NCBI GenBank assembly: GCA_964016885.1
Contig: OZ024743.1
Span: forward strand, 140,554,001-140,618,000
Length of the DNA: 64,000 bases
Origin: Eledone cirrhosa
Taxonomy: Eukaryota
Direction of reading: 5' to 3'
Numbering within the stretch: the first letter of the stretch is position 1; each line of letters starts with the position of its first letter. Shown here one piece after another: positions 23,156 through 36,600 of the stretch. A model generated the notes under the pieces. It saw only the letters and a list, made by a program, of their open reading frames with translations, did not search any database and was not told where the DNA came from. A program made the translations under genes and the position numbers.

Positions 23156-24659
23156 GGTGCTTGGTCTTTGGTGCTTGGTGTTTGGTGTTTGGTGTTTGGT
23201 GCTTGGTGTCTGGTGCTTGGTGTTTGGTGCTTGGTGTTTGGTGTTTGGTGCTTGGTGTTTGGTGTTTGGTGTTTGGTGCTTGGTGCTTGGTGTTTGGTGT
23301 TTGGTGTTTGGTGCTTGGTGTCTGGTGCTTGGTGTTTGGTGTTTGGTGATTGGTGTTTGGTGTTTGGTGTTTGGTGCTTGGTGCTTGGTGCTTGGTGTTT
23401 GGTGTTTGGTGTTTGGTGCTTGGTGCTTGGTGTTTGGTGCTTGGTGCTGAGTGGTTGGTGTTTGGTGCTTGGTGTTTGGTGCTGGGTGCTTGGTTTTTGG
23501 TCCTGGGTGCTTGGTGTTTGGTCCTTGGTGCTTGGTCTTTGGTGCTTGGTCTTTGGTGCTTGGTGCTTGGTGCTTGGTGTTTGGTGCTTGGTGCTTGGTG
23601 TTTGGTGCTTGGTGCTTAGTGTTTGGTGCTAGGTGCTTGGTGTTTGGTGCTTGGTGTTTGGTGCTTGGTGCTTGGTGTTTGGTGTTTGGTGTTTGGTGCT
23701 TGGTGCTTGGTGTTTGCTGTTTGCTGTTTGGTGTTTGCTTTTTGGTGTTTGGTGTTTGCTGTATGTTGTTTGCTGTTTGGTGTTTGGTGTTTGGTGTTTG
23801 GTGTTTGGTGTTTGGTGTTTGGTGCTTGGTGTTTGGTGCTTGGTGCTTGGTGTTTGGTGCCTGGTGCTTGGTGCTTGATGCTTGGTGTTTGGTGTTTGGT
23901 GCTTGGTGCTTGGTGTTTCTTGATTGGTGCTTGTTTTTTTGTGTTTCGTGTTTGGTTTTTGGTGCTTGGTGCTTGGTGCTTGGTCCTTGGTGTTTGGTGC
24001 TGGGTGCTTTGTGTTTGGTGCTTGGTGCTTGGTGCTTGGTGTTTGGTGTTTGCTGCTTGGTGTGTGATGCTTGGTGCTTGGTGCTTGGTGTTTTGTGTTT
24101 GGTGCTTGGTGCTTGGTGTTTGGTGCTTGGTGCTTGGTGCTTGCTGTTTGTAATTGGTGCTTGGTGCTTGGTGTTTGGTTCTTGGTTCTTGGTGTTTGGT
24201 GTTTTGCGTTTGGTTTTTGGTGCTTGGTGCTTGGTGTTTGGTGCTTGGTGCTTGGTGTTTGGTGCCTGGTGCTTGGTGCTTGGTGCTTGGTGTTTGGTGT
24301 TTGGTGCTTGGTGCTTGGAGTTTGGTGTTTGGTGCTTGGTGCTTGGTGCTTGGTGCTTGGTCCTTGGTGTTTGGTGCTGGGTGCTTTGTGTTTGGTGATT
24401 GGTGCTTGGTGTTTGGTGTTTGCTGCTTGGTGTTTGATGCTTGGTGTTTTGTATTTGGTGCTTGGTGCTTGGTGTTTGGTGCTTGGTGCTTGGTGCTTGG
24501 TGTTTCTACTTGGTGCTTGGTGCTTGGTGTTTGGTTCTTGGTTCTTGGTGTTTGGTACTTGGTGCTTGGTGCTTGGTGCTTGATGTTTGGTGTTTGGTGC
24601 TTGGTGTTTGGTGCTTGGTGCTTGGTGCTTGGTGCTTGGTGCTTGGTGTTAGGTATTTG

Positions 24660-27600
24660 GTGCTTGGTGCTTGGTGTTTGGTGCTTGGTGTTTGGTGTTT
24701 GCTGTTTGGTGTTTGGTGTTTGCTGTTTGGTGTTTGCTGTTTGGTGTTTGGTGTTTGCTGTTTGGTGTTTGGTCTTTGGTGCTTGGTGTTTGGTGCTTGG
24801 TGTTTGGTGTTTGGTGCTTGGTGCTTGGTGTTTGGTGTTTGGTGCTTGGTGCCTGGTGTTTGGTGTTTGGTGTTTGGTGCTTGGTGTCTGGTGCTTGGTG
24901 TTTGGTGCTTGGTGTTTGGTGTTTGGTGCTTGGTGCTTGGTGTTTGGTGTTTGGTGCTTGGTGTTTGGTGTTTGGTGCTTGTTGCTTGGTGCTTGATGTT
25001 TGGTGCTTGGTGCTTGGTGTTTGGTGCTGGGTGCTTGGTGCTTGTTATTTGGTTTTTGGTGCTTGGTGCTTGGTGTTTGGTGTTTGGTGTTATATGCTTG
25101 GTGTTTGATGCTTGGTGCTTGGTGCTTGGTGTTTGGTGTTTGGTGTTTGGTGCTTGGTGCTTGGTGTTTGGTGCTTGGTGCTGAGTGGTTGGTGTTTGGT
25201 GCTTGGTGTTTGGTGCTGGGTGCTTGGTGTTTGGTGCTGGGTGCTTGGTGTTTGGTGCTTGGTGCTTGGTCTTTGGTGCTTGGTGTTTGGTGCTTGGTGC
25301 TTGGTGCTTGGTGTTTGGTGCTTGGTGCTTGGTGTTTGGTGCTTGGTGCTTGGTGTTTGCTGTTTGCTGTTTGGTGTTTGTTGTTTGGTGTTTGTTGTTT
25401 GGTGTTTGCTGTTTGGTGTTTGGTGTTTGCTTTTTGGTGTTTGGTGTTTGCTGTATGTTGTTTGCTGTTTGGTGTTTGGTGTTTGGTGCTTGGTGCTTGG
25501 TCCTTGGTGCTTGGTGTTTGGTGTTTGGTGCTTGGTGCTTGGTGCTTGGTGTTTGGTGCTTGGTGCTTGGTGTTTTGTGTTTCGTGTTTGGTTTTTGGTG
25601 CTTGGTGCTTGGTGCTTGGTCCTTGGTGTTAGGTGCTGTGTGCTTTGTGTTTGGTGCTTGGTGCTTGGTGTTTGGTGTTTGCTGCTTGGTGCTTGATGCT
25701 TGGTGTTTGGTGCTTGGTGCTTGGTGCTTGGTGTTTGTACTTGGTGCTTGGTGCTTGGTGTTTGGTTCTTGGTTCTTGGTGTTTGGTGTTTGGCATTTGG
25801 TGTTTGGTGCTTGGTGCTTGGTGTTTGGTGCTTGGTGCTTGGTGTTTGGTGCCTGGTGCTTGGTGCTTGGTGCTTGGTGTTTGGAGTTTGGTGTTTGGTG
25901 CTTGGTGCTTGGTGCTTGGTCCTTGGTGTTTGGTGCTGGGTGCTTTGTGTTTGGTGATTGGTGCTTGGTGTTTGGTGTTTGCTGCTTGGTGTTTGATGCT
26001 TGGTGCTTGGTGTTTTGTGTTTGGTGCTTGGTGCTTGGTGTTTGGTGCTTGGTGCTTGGTGCTTGGTGTTTGTACTTGGTGCTTGGTGTTTGGTGTTTGG
26101 TTCTTGGTTCTTGGTGTTTGGTACTTGGTGCTTGGTGCTTGGTGCTTGGTGTTAGGTATTTGGTGATAGGGGCTTCGTGTTTGGTGCTTGGTGTTTGGTG
26201 TTTGCTGTTTGGAGTTTGGTGTTTGGTGTTTGGTTTTGCTGTCTGGTGTCTGCTTTTTGGTGTTTAGTGTTTGCTGTATGGTGTTTGCTGTTTCGTGTTT
26301 GGTGTTTGCTGTTTGGTGTTTGGTCTTTGGTGCTTGGTGTTTGGTGCTTGGTGTTTGGTGTTTGGTGCTTGCTGCTTGGTGTTTGGTGTTTGGTGCTTGG
26401 TGCTTGGTGTTTGGTGTTTAGTGTTTAGTGCTTGGTGTCTGGTGCTTGGTGTTTGGTGTTTGGTGCTTGGTGTTTGGTGTTTGGTGATTGGTGCTTGGTG
26501 TTTGGTGTTTGCTGCTTGGTGTTTGATGCTTGGTGCTTGGTGTTTTGTGTTTGGTGCTTGGTGCTTGGTGTTTGGTGCTTGGTTCTTGGTGCTTGGTGTT
26601 TGTACTTGGTGCTTGGTGCTTGGTGTTTGGTTCTTGGTTCTTGGTGTTTGGTACTTGGTGCTTGGTGTTTGGTGTTTGCTGTTTGGTGTTTGGTGTTTGG
26701 TGTTTGGTGTTTGCTGTTTGGTGTCTGCTTTTTGGTGTTTAGTGTTTGCTGTATGGTGTTTGGTGTTTGCTGTTTGGTGTTTGGTCTTTGGTGCTTGGTG
26801 TTTGGTGCTCGGTGCTTGGTGTTTGGTATTCGGTGCTTGCTGCTTGGTGTTTGGTGCTTGGTGTTTGGTGTTTGGTGTTTGGTGCTTGGTGTCTGGTGCC
26901 TGGTGTTTGGTGCTTGGTGTTTGGTGTTTGGTGCTTGGTGTTTGGTGTTTGGTGTTTGGTGCTTGGTGCTTGGTGTTTGGTGTTTGGTGTTTGGTGCTTG
27001 GTGTCTGGTGCTTGGTGTTTGGTGTTTGGTGCTTGGTGTTTGGTGTTTGGTGTTTGTTGCTTGGTGCTTGGTGCTTGGTGTTTGGTGTTTGGTGTTTGGT
27101 GCTTGGTGCTTGGTGTTTGGTGCTTGGTGCTGAGTGGTTGGTGTTTGGTGCTTGGTGTTTGGTGCTGGGTGCTTGCTTTTTGGTCCTGGGTGCTTGGTGT
27201 TTGGTGCTTGGTGCTTGGTGCTTGGTGTTTGGTGCTTGGTGCTTGGTGTTTGGTGCTTGGTGCTTAGTGTTTGGTGCTAGGTGCTTGGTGTTTGGTGCTT
27301 GGTGTTTGGTGCTTGGTGCTTGGTGTTTGGTGTTTGGTGTTTGGTGCTTGGTGCTTGGTGTTTGCTGTTTGCTGTTTGGTGTTTGTTGTTTGGTGTTTGT
27401 TGTTTGGTGTTTGCTGTTTGGTGTTTGGTGTTTGCTATTTGGTGTTTGGTGTTTGCTGTATGTTGTTTGCTGTTTGGTGTTTGGTGTTTGGTGTTTGGTG
27501 TTTGGTGTTTGGTGTTTGGTGCTTGGTGTTTGGTGCTTGGTGCTTGGTGTTTGGTGCCTGGTGCTTGGTGCTTGATGCTTGGTGTTTGGTTTTTGGTGGT

Positions 27601-30600
27601 TGGTGCTTGGTGCTTGGTCCTTGGTGTTTGGTGCTGGGTGCTTTGTGTTTGGTGCTTGGTGCTTGGTGCTTGGTGTTTGGTGTTTGCTGCTTGGTGTTTG
27701 ATGCTTGGTGCTTGGTGCTTGGTGTTTTGTGTTTGGTGCTTGGTGCTTGGTGTTTGGTGTTTGGTGCTTGGTGCTTGGTGTTTGTACTTGGTGCTTGGTG
27801 CTTGGTGTTTGGTTCTTGGTTCTTGGTGTTTGGTGTTTTGCGTTTGGTGTTTGGTGCTTGGTGTTTGGTGCTTGGTGCTTGGTGTTTGGTGCCTGGTGCT
27901 TGGTGCTTGGTGCTTGGTGTTTGGTGTTTGGTGCTTGGTGCTTGGAGTTTGGTGTTTGGTGCTTGGTGCTTGGTGCTTGGTCCTTGGTGTTTGGTGCAGG
28001 GTGCTTTGTGTTTGGTGATTGGTGCTTGGTGTTTGGTGTTTGCTGCTTGGTGCTTGGTGCTTGGTGTTTCTACTTGGTGCTTGGTGCTTGGTGTTTGGTT
28101 CTTGGTTCTTGGTGTTTGGTTCTTGGTGCTTGGTGCTTGGTGCTTGATGTTTGGTGTTTGGTGCTTGGTGTTTGGTGCTTGGTGGTTGGTGCTTGGTGCT
28201 TGGTGCTTGGTGTTAGGTATTTGGTGCTTGGTGCTTGGTGTTTGGTGCTTGGTGTTTGGTGTTTGCTGTTTGGTGTTTGGTGTTTGCTGTTTGGTGTTTG
28301 CTGTTTGGTGTTTGGTGTTTGCTGTTTGGTGTTTGGTCTTTGGTGCTTGGTGTTTGGTGCTTGGTGTTTGGTGTTTGGTGCTTGGTGCTTGGGGCTTGGT
28401 GTTTGGTGCTTGGTGCTTGGTGTTTTGTGTTTCGTGTTTGGTTTTTGGTGCTTGGTGCTTGGTGCTTGGTCCTTGGTGTTAGGTGCTGGGTGCTTTGTGT
28501 TTGGTGCTTGGTGCTTGGTGTTTGGTGTTTGCTGCTTGGTGCTTGATGCTTGGTGTTTGGTGCTTGGGGCTTGGTGCTTGGTGTTTGTACTTGGTGCTTA
28601 GTGCTTGGTGTTTGGTTCTTGGTTCTTGGTGTTTGGTGCTTGGCATTTGGTGTTTGGTGCTTGGTGCTTGGTGTTTGGTGCTTGGTGCTTGGTGTTTGGT
28701 GCCTGGTGCTTGGTGCTTGGTGCTTGGTGTTTGGACTTTGGTGTTTGGTGCTTGGTGCTTGGTGCTTGGTCCTTGGTGTTTGGTGCTGGGTGCTTTGTGT
28801 TTGGTGATTGGTGCTTGGTGTTTGGTGTTTGCTGCTTGGTGTTTGATGCTTGGTGCTTGGTGTTTTGTGTTTGGTGCTTGGTGCTTGGTGTTTGGTGCTT
28901 GGTGCTTGGTGCTTGGTGTTTGTACTTGGTGCTTGGTGTTTGGTGTTTGCTGCTTGGTGCTTGGTGCTTGGTGTTTCTACTTGGTGCTTGGTGCTTGGTG
29001 TTTGGTTCTTGGTTCTTGGTGTTTGGTTCTTGGTGCTTGGTGCTTGGTGCTTGATGTTTGGTGTTTGGTGCTTGGTGTTTGGTGCTTGGTGGTTGGTGCT
29101 TGGTGCTTGGTGCTTGGTGTTAGGTATTTGGTGCTTGGTGCTTGGTGTTTGGTGCTTGGTGTTTGGTGTTTGCTGTTTGGTGTTTGGTGTTTGCTGTTTG
29201 GTGTTTGCTGTTTGGTGTTTGGTGTTTGCTGTTTGGTGTTTGGTCTTTGGTGCTTGGTGTTTGGTGCTTGGTGTTTGGTGTTTGGTGCTTGGTGCTTGGG
29301 GCTTGGTGTTTGGTGCTTGGTGCTTGGTGTTTTGTGTTTCGTGTTTGGTTTTTGGTGCTTGGTGCTTGGTGCTTGGTCCTTGGTGTTAGGTGCTGGGTGC
29401 TTTGTGTTTGGTGCTTGGTGCTTGGTGTTTGGTGTTTGCTGCTTGGTGCTTGATGCTTGGTGTTTGGTGCTTGGGGCTTGGTGCTTGGTGTTTGTACTTG
29501 GTGCTTAGTGCTTGGTGTTTGGTTCTTGGTTCTTGGTGTTTGGTGCTTGGCATTTGGTGTTTGGTGCTTGGTGCTTGGTGTTTGGTGCTTGGTGCTTGGT
29601 GTTTGGTGCCTGGTGCTTGGTGCTTGGTGCTTGGTGTTTGGACTTTGGTGTTTGGTGCTTGGTGCTTGGTGCTTGGTCCTTGGTGTTTGGTGCTGGGTGC
29701 TTTGTGTTTGGTGATTGGTGCTTGGTGTTTGGTGTTTGCTGCTTGGTGTTTGATGCTTGGTGCTTGGTGTTTTGTGTTTGGTGCTTGGTGCTTGGTGTTT
29801 GGTGCTTGGTGCTTGGTGCTTGGTGTTTGTACTTGGTGCTTGGTGTTTGGTGTTTGGTTCTTGGTTCTTGGTGTTTGGTACTTGGTGCTTGGTGCTTGGT
29901 GCTTGGTGTTAGGTATTTGGTGCTTGGTGCTTCGTGTTTGGTGCTTGGTGTTTGGTGTTTGCTGTTTGGAGTTTGGTGTTTGGTGTTTGGTTTTGCTGTC
30001 TGGTGTCTGCTTTTTGGTGTTTAGTGTTTGCTGTATGGTGTTTGCTGTTTCGTGTTTGGTGTTTGCTGTTTGGTGTTTGGTCTTTGGTGCTTGGTGTTTG
30101 GTGCTTGGTGTTTGGTGTTTGGTGCTTGCTGCTTGGTGTTTGGTGTTTGGTGCTTGGTGCTTGGTGTTTGGTGTTTAGTGTTTGGTGCTTGGTGTCTGGT
30201 GCTTGGTGTTTGGTGTTTGGTGCTTGGTGTTTGGTGTTTGGTGATTGGTGCTTGGTGTTTGGTGTTTGCTGCTTGGTGTTTGATGCTTGGTGCTTGGTGT
30301 TTTGTGTTTGGTGCTTGGCGCTTGGTGTTTGGTGCTTGGTGCTTGGTGCTTGGTGTTTGTACTTGGTGCTTGGTGCTTGGTGTTTGGTTCTTGGTTCTTG
30401 GTGTTTGGTACTTGGTGCTTGGTGTTTGGTGTTTGCTGTTTGGTGTTTGGTGTTTGGTGTTTGGTGTTTGCTGTTTGGTGTCTGCTTTTTGGTGTTTAGT
30501 GTTTGCTGTATGGTGTTTGGTGTTTGCTGTTTCGTGTTTGGTCTTTGGTGCTTGGTGTTTGGTGCTCGGTGCTTGGTGTTTGGTATTCGGTGCTTGGTGC

Positions 30601-33600
30601 TTGGTGTTTGGTGCTTGGTGTTTGGTGTTTGGTGTTTGGTGCTTGGTGTCTGGTGCTTGGTGTTTGGTGCTTGGTGTTTGGTGTTTGGTGCTTGGTGTTT
30701 GGTGTTTGGTGTTTGGTGCTTGGTGCTTGGTGTTTGGTGTCTGGTGTTTGGTGCTTGGTGTCTGGTGCTTGGTGTTTGGTGTTTGGTGCTTGGTGTTTGG
30801 TGTTTGGTGTTTGGTGCTTGGTGCTTGGTGCTTGGTGTTTGGTGTTTGGTGTTTGGTGCTTGGTGCTTGGTGTTTGGTGCTTGGTGCTGAGTGGTTGGTG
30901 TTTGGTGCTTGGTGTTTGGTGCTGGGTGCTTGGTTTTTGGTCCTGGGTGCTTGGTGTTTGGTGCTTGGTGCTTGGTGCTTGGTGTTTGGTGCTTGGTGCT
31001 TGGTGTTTGGTGCTTGGTGCTTAGTGTTTGGTGCTAGGTGCTTGGTGTTTGGTGCTTGGTGCTTGGTGTTTGGTGTTTGGTGTTTGGTGCTTGGTGTTTG
31101 GTGCTTGGTGCTTGGTGTTTGGTGTTTGGTGCTTGGTGCTTGGTGCTTGGTGTTTGGTGTTTGGTGTTTGGTGCTTGGTGCTTGGTGTTTGGTGCTTGGT
31201 GCTGAGTGGTTGGTGTTTGGTGCTTGGTGTTTGGTGCTGGGTGCTTGGTTTTTGGTCCTGGGTGCTTGGTGTTTGGTGCTTGGTGCTTGGTGCTTGGTGT
31301 TTGGTGCTTGGTGCTTGGTGTTTGGTGCTTGGTGCTTAGTGTTTGGTGCTAGGTGCTTGGTGTTTGGTGCTTGGTGTTTGGTGCTTGGTGCTTGGTGTTT
31401 GCTGTTTGGTGTTTGGTGTTTGCTGTTTGGTGTTTGCTGTTTGGTGTTTGGTGTTTGCTGTTTGGTGTTTGGTCTTTGGTGCTTGGTGTTTGGTGCTTGG
31501 TGTTTGGTGTTTGGTGCTTGGTGCTTGGTGTTTGGTGTTTGGTGCTTGGTGCCTGGTGTTTGGTGTTTGGTGTTTGGTGCTTGGTGTCTGGTGCTTGGTG
31601 TTTGGTGCTTGGTGTTTGGTGTTTGGTGCTTGGTGCTTGGTGTTTGGTGTTTGGTGCTTGGTGTTTGGTGTTTGGTGCTTGTTGCTTGGTGCTTGATGTT
31701 TGGTGCTTGGTGCTTGGTGTTTGGTGCTGGGTGCTTGGTGCTTGTTATTTGGTTTTTGGTGCTTGGTGCTTGGTGTTTGGTGTTTGGTGTTATATGCTTG
31801 GTGTTTGATGCTTGGTGCTTGGTGCTTGGTGTTTGGTGTTTGGTGTTTGGTGCTTGGTGCTTGGTGTTTGGTGCTTGGTGCTGAGTGGTTGGTGTTTGGT
31901 GCTTGGTGTTTGGTGCTGGGTGCTTGGTGTTTGGTGCTGGGTGCTTGGTGTTTGGTGCTTGGTGCTTGGTCTTTGGTGCTTGGTGTTTGGTGCTTGGTGC
32001 TTGGTGCTTGGTGTTTGGTGCTTGGTGCTTGGTGTTTGGTGCTTGGTGCTTGGTGTTTGCTGTTTGCTGTTTGGTGTTTGTTGTTTGGTGTTTGTTGTTT
32101 GGTGTTTGCTGTTTGGTGTTTGGTGTTTGCTTTTTGGTGTTTGGTGTTTGCTGTATGTTGTTTGCTGTTTGGTGTTTGGTGTTTGGTGCCTGGTGCTTGG
32201 TCCTTGGTGCTTGGTGTTTGGTGTTTGGTGCTTGGTGCTTGGTGCTTGGTGTTTGGTGCTTGGTGCTTGGTGTTTTGTGTTTCGTGTTTGGTTTTTGGTG
32301 CTTGGTGCTTGGTGCTTGGTCCTTGGTGTTAGGTGCTGTGTGCTTTGTGTTTGGTGCTTGGTGCTTGGTGTTTGGTGTTTGCTGCTTGGTGCTTGATGCT
32401 TGGTGTTTGGTGCTTGGTGCTTGGTGCTTGGTGTTTGTACTTGGTGCTTGGTGCTTGGTGTTTGGTTCTTGGTTCTTGGTGTTTGGTGTTTGGCATTTGG
32501 TGTTTGGTGCTTGGTGCTTGGTGTTTGGTGCTTGGTGCTTGGTGTTTGGTGCCTGGTGCTTGGTGCTTGGGGCTTGGTGTTTGGAGTTTGGTGTTTGGTG
32601 CTTGGTGCTTGGTGCTTGGTCCTTGGTGTTTGGTGCTGGGTGCTTTGTGTTTGGTGATTGGTGCTTGGTGTTTGGTGTTTGCTGCTTGGTGTTTGATGCT
32701 TGGTGCTTGGTGTTTTGTGTTTGGTGCTTGGTGCTTGGTGTTTGGTGCTTGGTGCTTGGTGCTTGGTGTTTGTACTTGGTGCTTGGTGTTTGGTGTTTGG
32801 TTCTTGGTTCTTGGTGTTTGGTACTTGGTGCTTGGTGCTTGGTGCTTGGTGTTAGGTATTTGGTGCTTGGGGCTTCGTGTTTGGTGCTTGGTGTTTGGTG
32901 TTTGCTGTTTGGAGTTTGGTGTTTGGTGTTTGGTTTTGCTGTCTGGTGTCTGCTTTTTGGTGTTTAGTGTTTGCTGTATGGTGTTTGCTGTTTCGTGTTT
33001 GGTGTTTGCTGTTTGGTGTTTGGTCTTTGGTGCTTGGTGTTTGGTGCTTGGTGTTTGGTGTTTGGTGCTTGCTGCTTGGTGTTTGGTGTTTGGTGCTTGG
33101 TGCTTGGTGTTTGGTGTTTAGTGTTTAGTGCTTGGTGTCTGGTGCTTGGTGTTTGGTGTTTGGTGCTTGGTGTTTGGTGTTTGGTGATTGGTGCTTGGTG
33201 TTTGGTGTTTGCTGCTTGGTGTTTGATGCTTGGTGCTTGGTGTTTTGTGTTTGGTGCTTGGTGCTTGGTGTTTGGTGCTTGGTTCTTGGTGCTTGGTGTT
33301 TGTACTTGGTGCTTGGTGCTTGGTGTTTGGTTCTTGGTTCTTGGTGTTTGGTACTTGGTGCTTGGTGTTTGGTGTTTGCTGTTTGGTGTTTGGTGTTTGG
33401 TGTTTGGTGTTTGCTGTTTGGTGTCTGCTTTTTGGTGTTTAGTGTTTGCTGTATGGTGTTTGGTGTTTGCTGTTTGGTGTTTGGTCTTTGGTGCTTGGTG
33501 TTTGGTGCTCGGTGCTTGGTGTTTGGTATTCGGTGCTTGCTGCTTGGTGTTTGGTGCTTGGTGTTTGGTGTTTGGTGTTTGGTGCTTGGTGTCTGGTGCC

Positions 33601-36600
33601 TGGTGTTTGGTGCTTGGTGTTTGGTGTTTGGTGCTTGGTGTTTGGTGTTTGGTGTTTGGTGCTTGGTGCTTGGTGTTTGGTGTTTGGTGTTTGGTGCTTG
33701 GTGTCTGGTGCTTGGTGTTTGGTGTTTGGTGCTTGGTGTTTGGTGTTTGGTGTTTGTTGCTTGGTGCTTGGTGCTTGGTGTTTGGTGTTTGGTGTTTGGT
33801 GCTTGGTGCTTGGTGTTTGGTGCTTGGTGCTGAGTGGTTGGTGTTTGGTGCTTGGTGTTTGGTGCTGGGTGCTTGCTTTTTGGTCCTGGGTGCTTGGTGT
33901 TTGGTGCTTGGTGCTTGGTGCTTGGTGTTTGGTGCTTGGTGCTTGGTGTTTGGTGCTTGGTGCTTAGTGTTTGGTGCTAGGTGCTTGGTGTTTGGTGCTT
34001 GGTGTTTGGTGCTTGGTGCTTGGTGTTTGGTGTTTGGTGTTTGGTGCTTGGTGCTTGGTGTTTGCTGTTTGCTGTTTGGTGTTTGTTGTTTGGTGTTTGT
34101 TGTTTGGTGTTTGCTGTTTGGTGTTTGGTGTTTGCTATTTGGTGTTTGGTGTTTGCTGTATGTTGTTTGCTGTTTGGTGTTTGGTGTTTGGTGTTTGGTG
34201 TTTGGTGTTTGGTGTTTGGTGCTTAGTGTTTGGTGCTTGGTGCTTGGTGTTTGGTGCCTGGTGCTTGGTGCTTGATGCTTGGTGTTTGGTTTTTGGTGGT
34301 TGGTGCTTGGTGCTTGGTCCTTGGTGTTTGGTGCTGGGTGCTTTGTGTTTGGTGCTTGGTGCTTGGTGCTTGGTGTTTGGTGTTTGCTGCTTGGTGTTTG
34401 ATGCTTGGTGCTTGGTGCTTGGTGTTTTGTGTTTGGTGCTTGGTGCTTGGTGTTTGGTGTTTGGTGCTTGGTGCTTGGTGTTTGTACTTGGTGCTTGGTG
34501 CTTGGTGTTTGGTTCTTGGTTCTTGGTGTTTGGTGTTTTGCGTTTGGTGTTTGGTGCTTGGTGTTTGGTGCTTGGTGCTTGGTGTTTGGTGCCTGGTGCT
34601 TGGTGCTTGGTGCTTGGTGTTTGGTGTTTGGTGCTTGGTGCTTGGAGTTTGGTGTTTGGTGCTTGGTGCTTGGTGCTTGGTCCTTGGTGTTTGGTGCAGG
34701 GTGCTTTGTGTTTGGTGATTGGTGCTTGGTGTTTGGTGTTTGCTGCTTGGTGCTTGGTGCTTGGTGTTTCTACTTGGTGCTTGGTGCTTGGTGTTTGGTT
34801 CTTGGTTCTTGGTGTTTGGTTCTTGGTGCTTGGTGCTTGGTGCTTGATGTTTGGTGTTTGGTGTTTGGTGTTTGGTGCTTGGTGGTTGGTGCTTGGTGCT
34901 TGGTGCTTGGTGTTAGGTATTTGGTGCTTGGTGCTTGGTGTTTGGTGCTTGGTGTTTGGTGTTTGCTGTTTGGTGTTTGGTGTTTGCTGTTTGGTGTTTG
35001 CTGTTTGGTGTTTGGTGTTTGCTGTTTGGTGTTTGGTCTTTGGTGCTTGGTGTTTGGTGCTTGGTGTTTGGTGTTTGGTGCTTGGTGCTTGGTGCTTGGT
35101 GTTTGGTGCTTGGTGCTTGGTGTTTTGTGTTTCGTGTTTGGTTTTTGGTGCTTGGTGCTTGGTGCTTGGTCCTTGGTGTTAGGTGCTGGGTGCTTTGTGT
35201 TTGGTGCTTGGTGCTTGGTGTTTGGTGTTTGCTGCTTGGTGCTTGATGCTTGGTGTTTGGTGCTTGGGGCTTGGTGCTTGGTGTTTGTACTTGGTGCTTA
35301 GTGCTTGGTGTTTGGTTCTTGGTTCTTGGTGTTTGGTGCTTGGCATTTGGTGTTTGGTGCTTGGTGCTTGGTGTTTGGTGCTTGGTGCTTGGTGTTTGGT
35401 GCCTGGTGCTTGGTGCTTGGTGCTTGGTGTTTGGACTTTGGTGTTTGGTGCTTGGTGCTTGGTGCTTGGTCCTTGGTGTTTGGTGCTGGGTGCTTTGTGT
35501 TTGGTGATTGGTGCTTGGTGTTTGGTGTTTGCTGCTTGGTGTTTGATGCTTGGTGCTTGGTGTTTTGTGTTTGGTGCTTGGTGCTTGGTGTTTGGTGCTT
35601 GGTGCTTGGTGCTTGGTGTTTGTACTTGGTGCTTGGTGTTTGGTGTTTGGTTCTTGGTTCTTGGTGTTTGGTACTTGGTGCTTGGTGCTTGGTGCTTGGT
35701 GTTAGGTATTTGGTGCTTGGTGCTTCGTGTTTGGTGCTTGGTGTTTGGTGTTTGCTGTTTGGAGTTTGGTGTTTGGTGTTTGGTTTTGCTGTCTGGTGTC
35801 TGCTTTTTGGTGTTTAGTGTTTGCTGTATGGTGTTTGCTGTTTCGTGTTTGGTGTTTGCTGTTTGGTGTTTGGTCTTTGGTGCTTGGTGTTTGGTGCTTG
35901 GTGTTTGGTGTTTGGTGCTTGCTGCTTGGTGTTTGGTGTTTGGTGCTTGGTGCTTGGTGTTTGGTGTTTAGTGTTTGGTGCTTGGTGTCTGGTGCTTGGT
36001 GTTTGGTGTTTGGTGCTTGGTGTTTGGTGTTTGGTGATTGGTGCTTGGTGTTTGGTGTTTGCTGCTTGGTGTTTGATGCTTGGTGCTTGGTGTTTTGTGT
36101 TTGGTGCTTGGTGCTTGGTGTTTGGTGCTTGGTGCTTGGTGCTTGGTGTTTGTACTTGGTGCTTGGTGCTTGGTGTTTGGTTCTTGGTTCTTGGTGTTTG
36201 GTACTTGGTGCTTGGTGTTTGGTGTTTGCTGTTTGGTGTTTGGTGTTTGGTGTTTGGTGTTTGCTGTTTGGTGTCTGCTTTTTGGTGTTTAGTGTTTGCT
36301 GTATGGTGTTTGGTGTTTGCTGTTTCGTGTTTGGTCTTTGGTGCTTGGTGTTTGGTGCTCGGTGCTTGGTGTTTGGTATTCGGTGCTTGGTGCTTGGTGT
36401 TTGGTGCTTGGTGTTTGGTGTTTGGTGTTTGGTGCTTGGTGTCTGGTGCTTGGTGTTTGGTGCTTGGTGTTTGGTGTTTGGTGCTTGGTGTTTGGTGTTT
36501 GGTGTTTGGTGCTTGGTGCTTGGTGTTTGGTGTCTGGTGTTTGGTGCTTGGTGTCTGGTGCTTGGTGTTTGGTGTTTGGTGCTTGGTGTTTGGTGTTTGG

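Noticed and set aside
1640-31800. TATA-like (GTTATATGC, TTATATATGC), forkhead-like (TGTTTGC/T) and T-box-like (AGGTGT) motifs as regulatory sites
   Set aside because: They are in-phase variants of the heptamer, multiplied by block duplication. Short motif matches are inevitable here, and there is nothing nearby to regulate.
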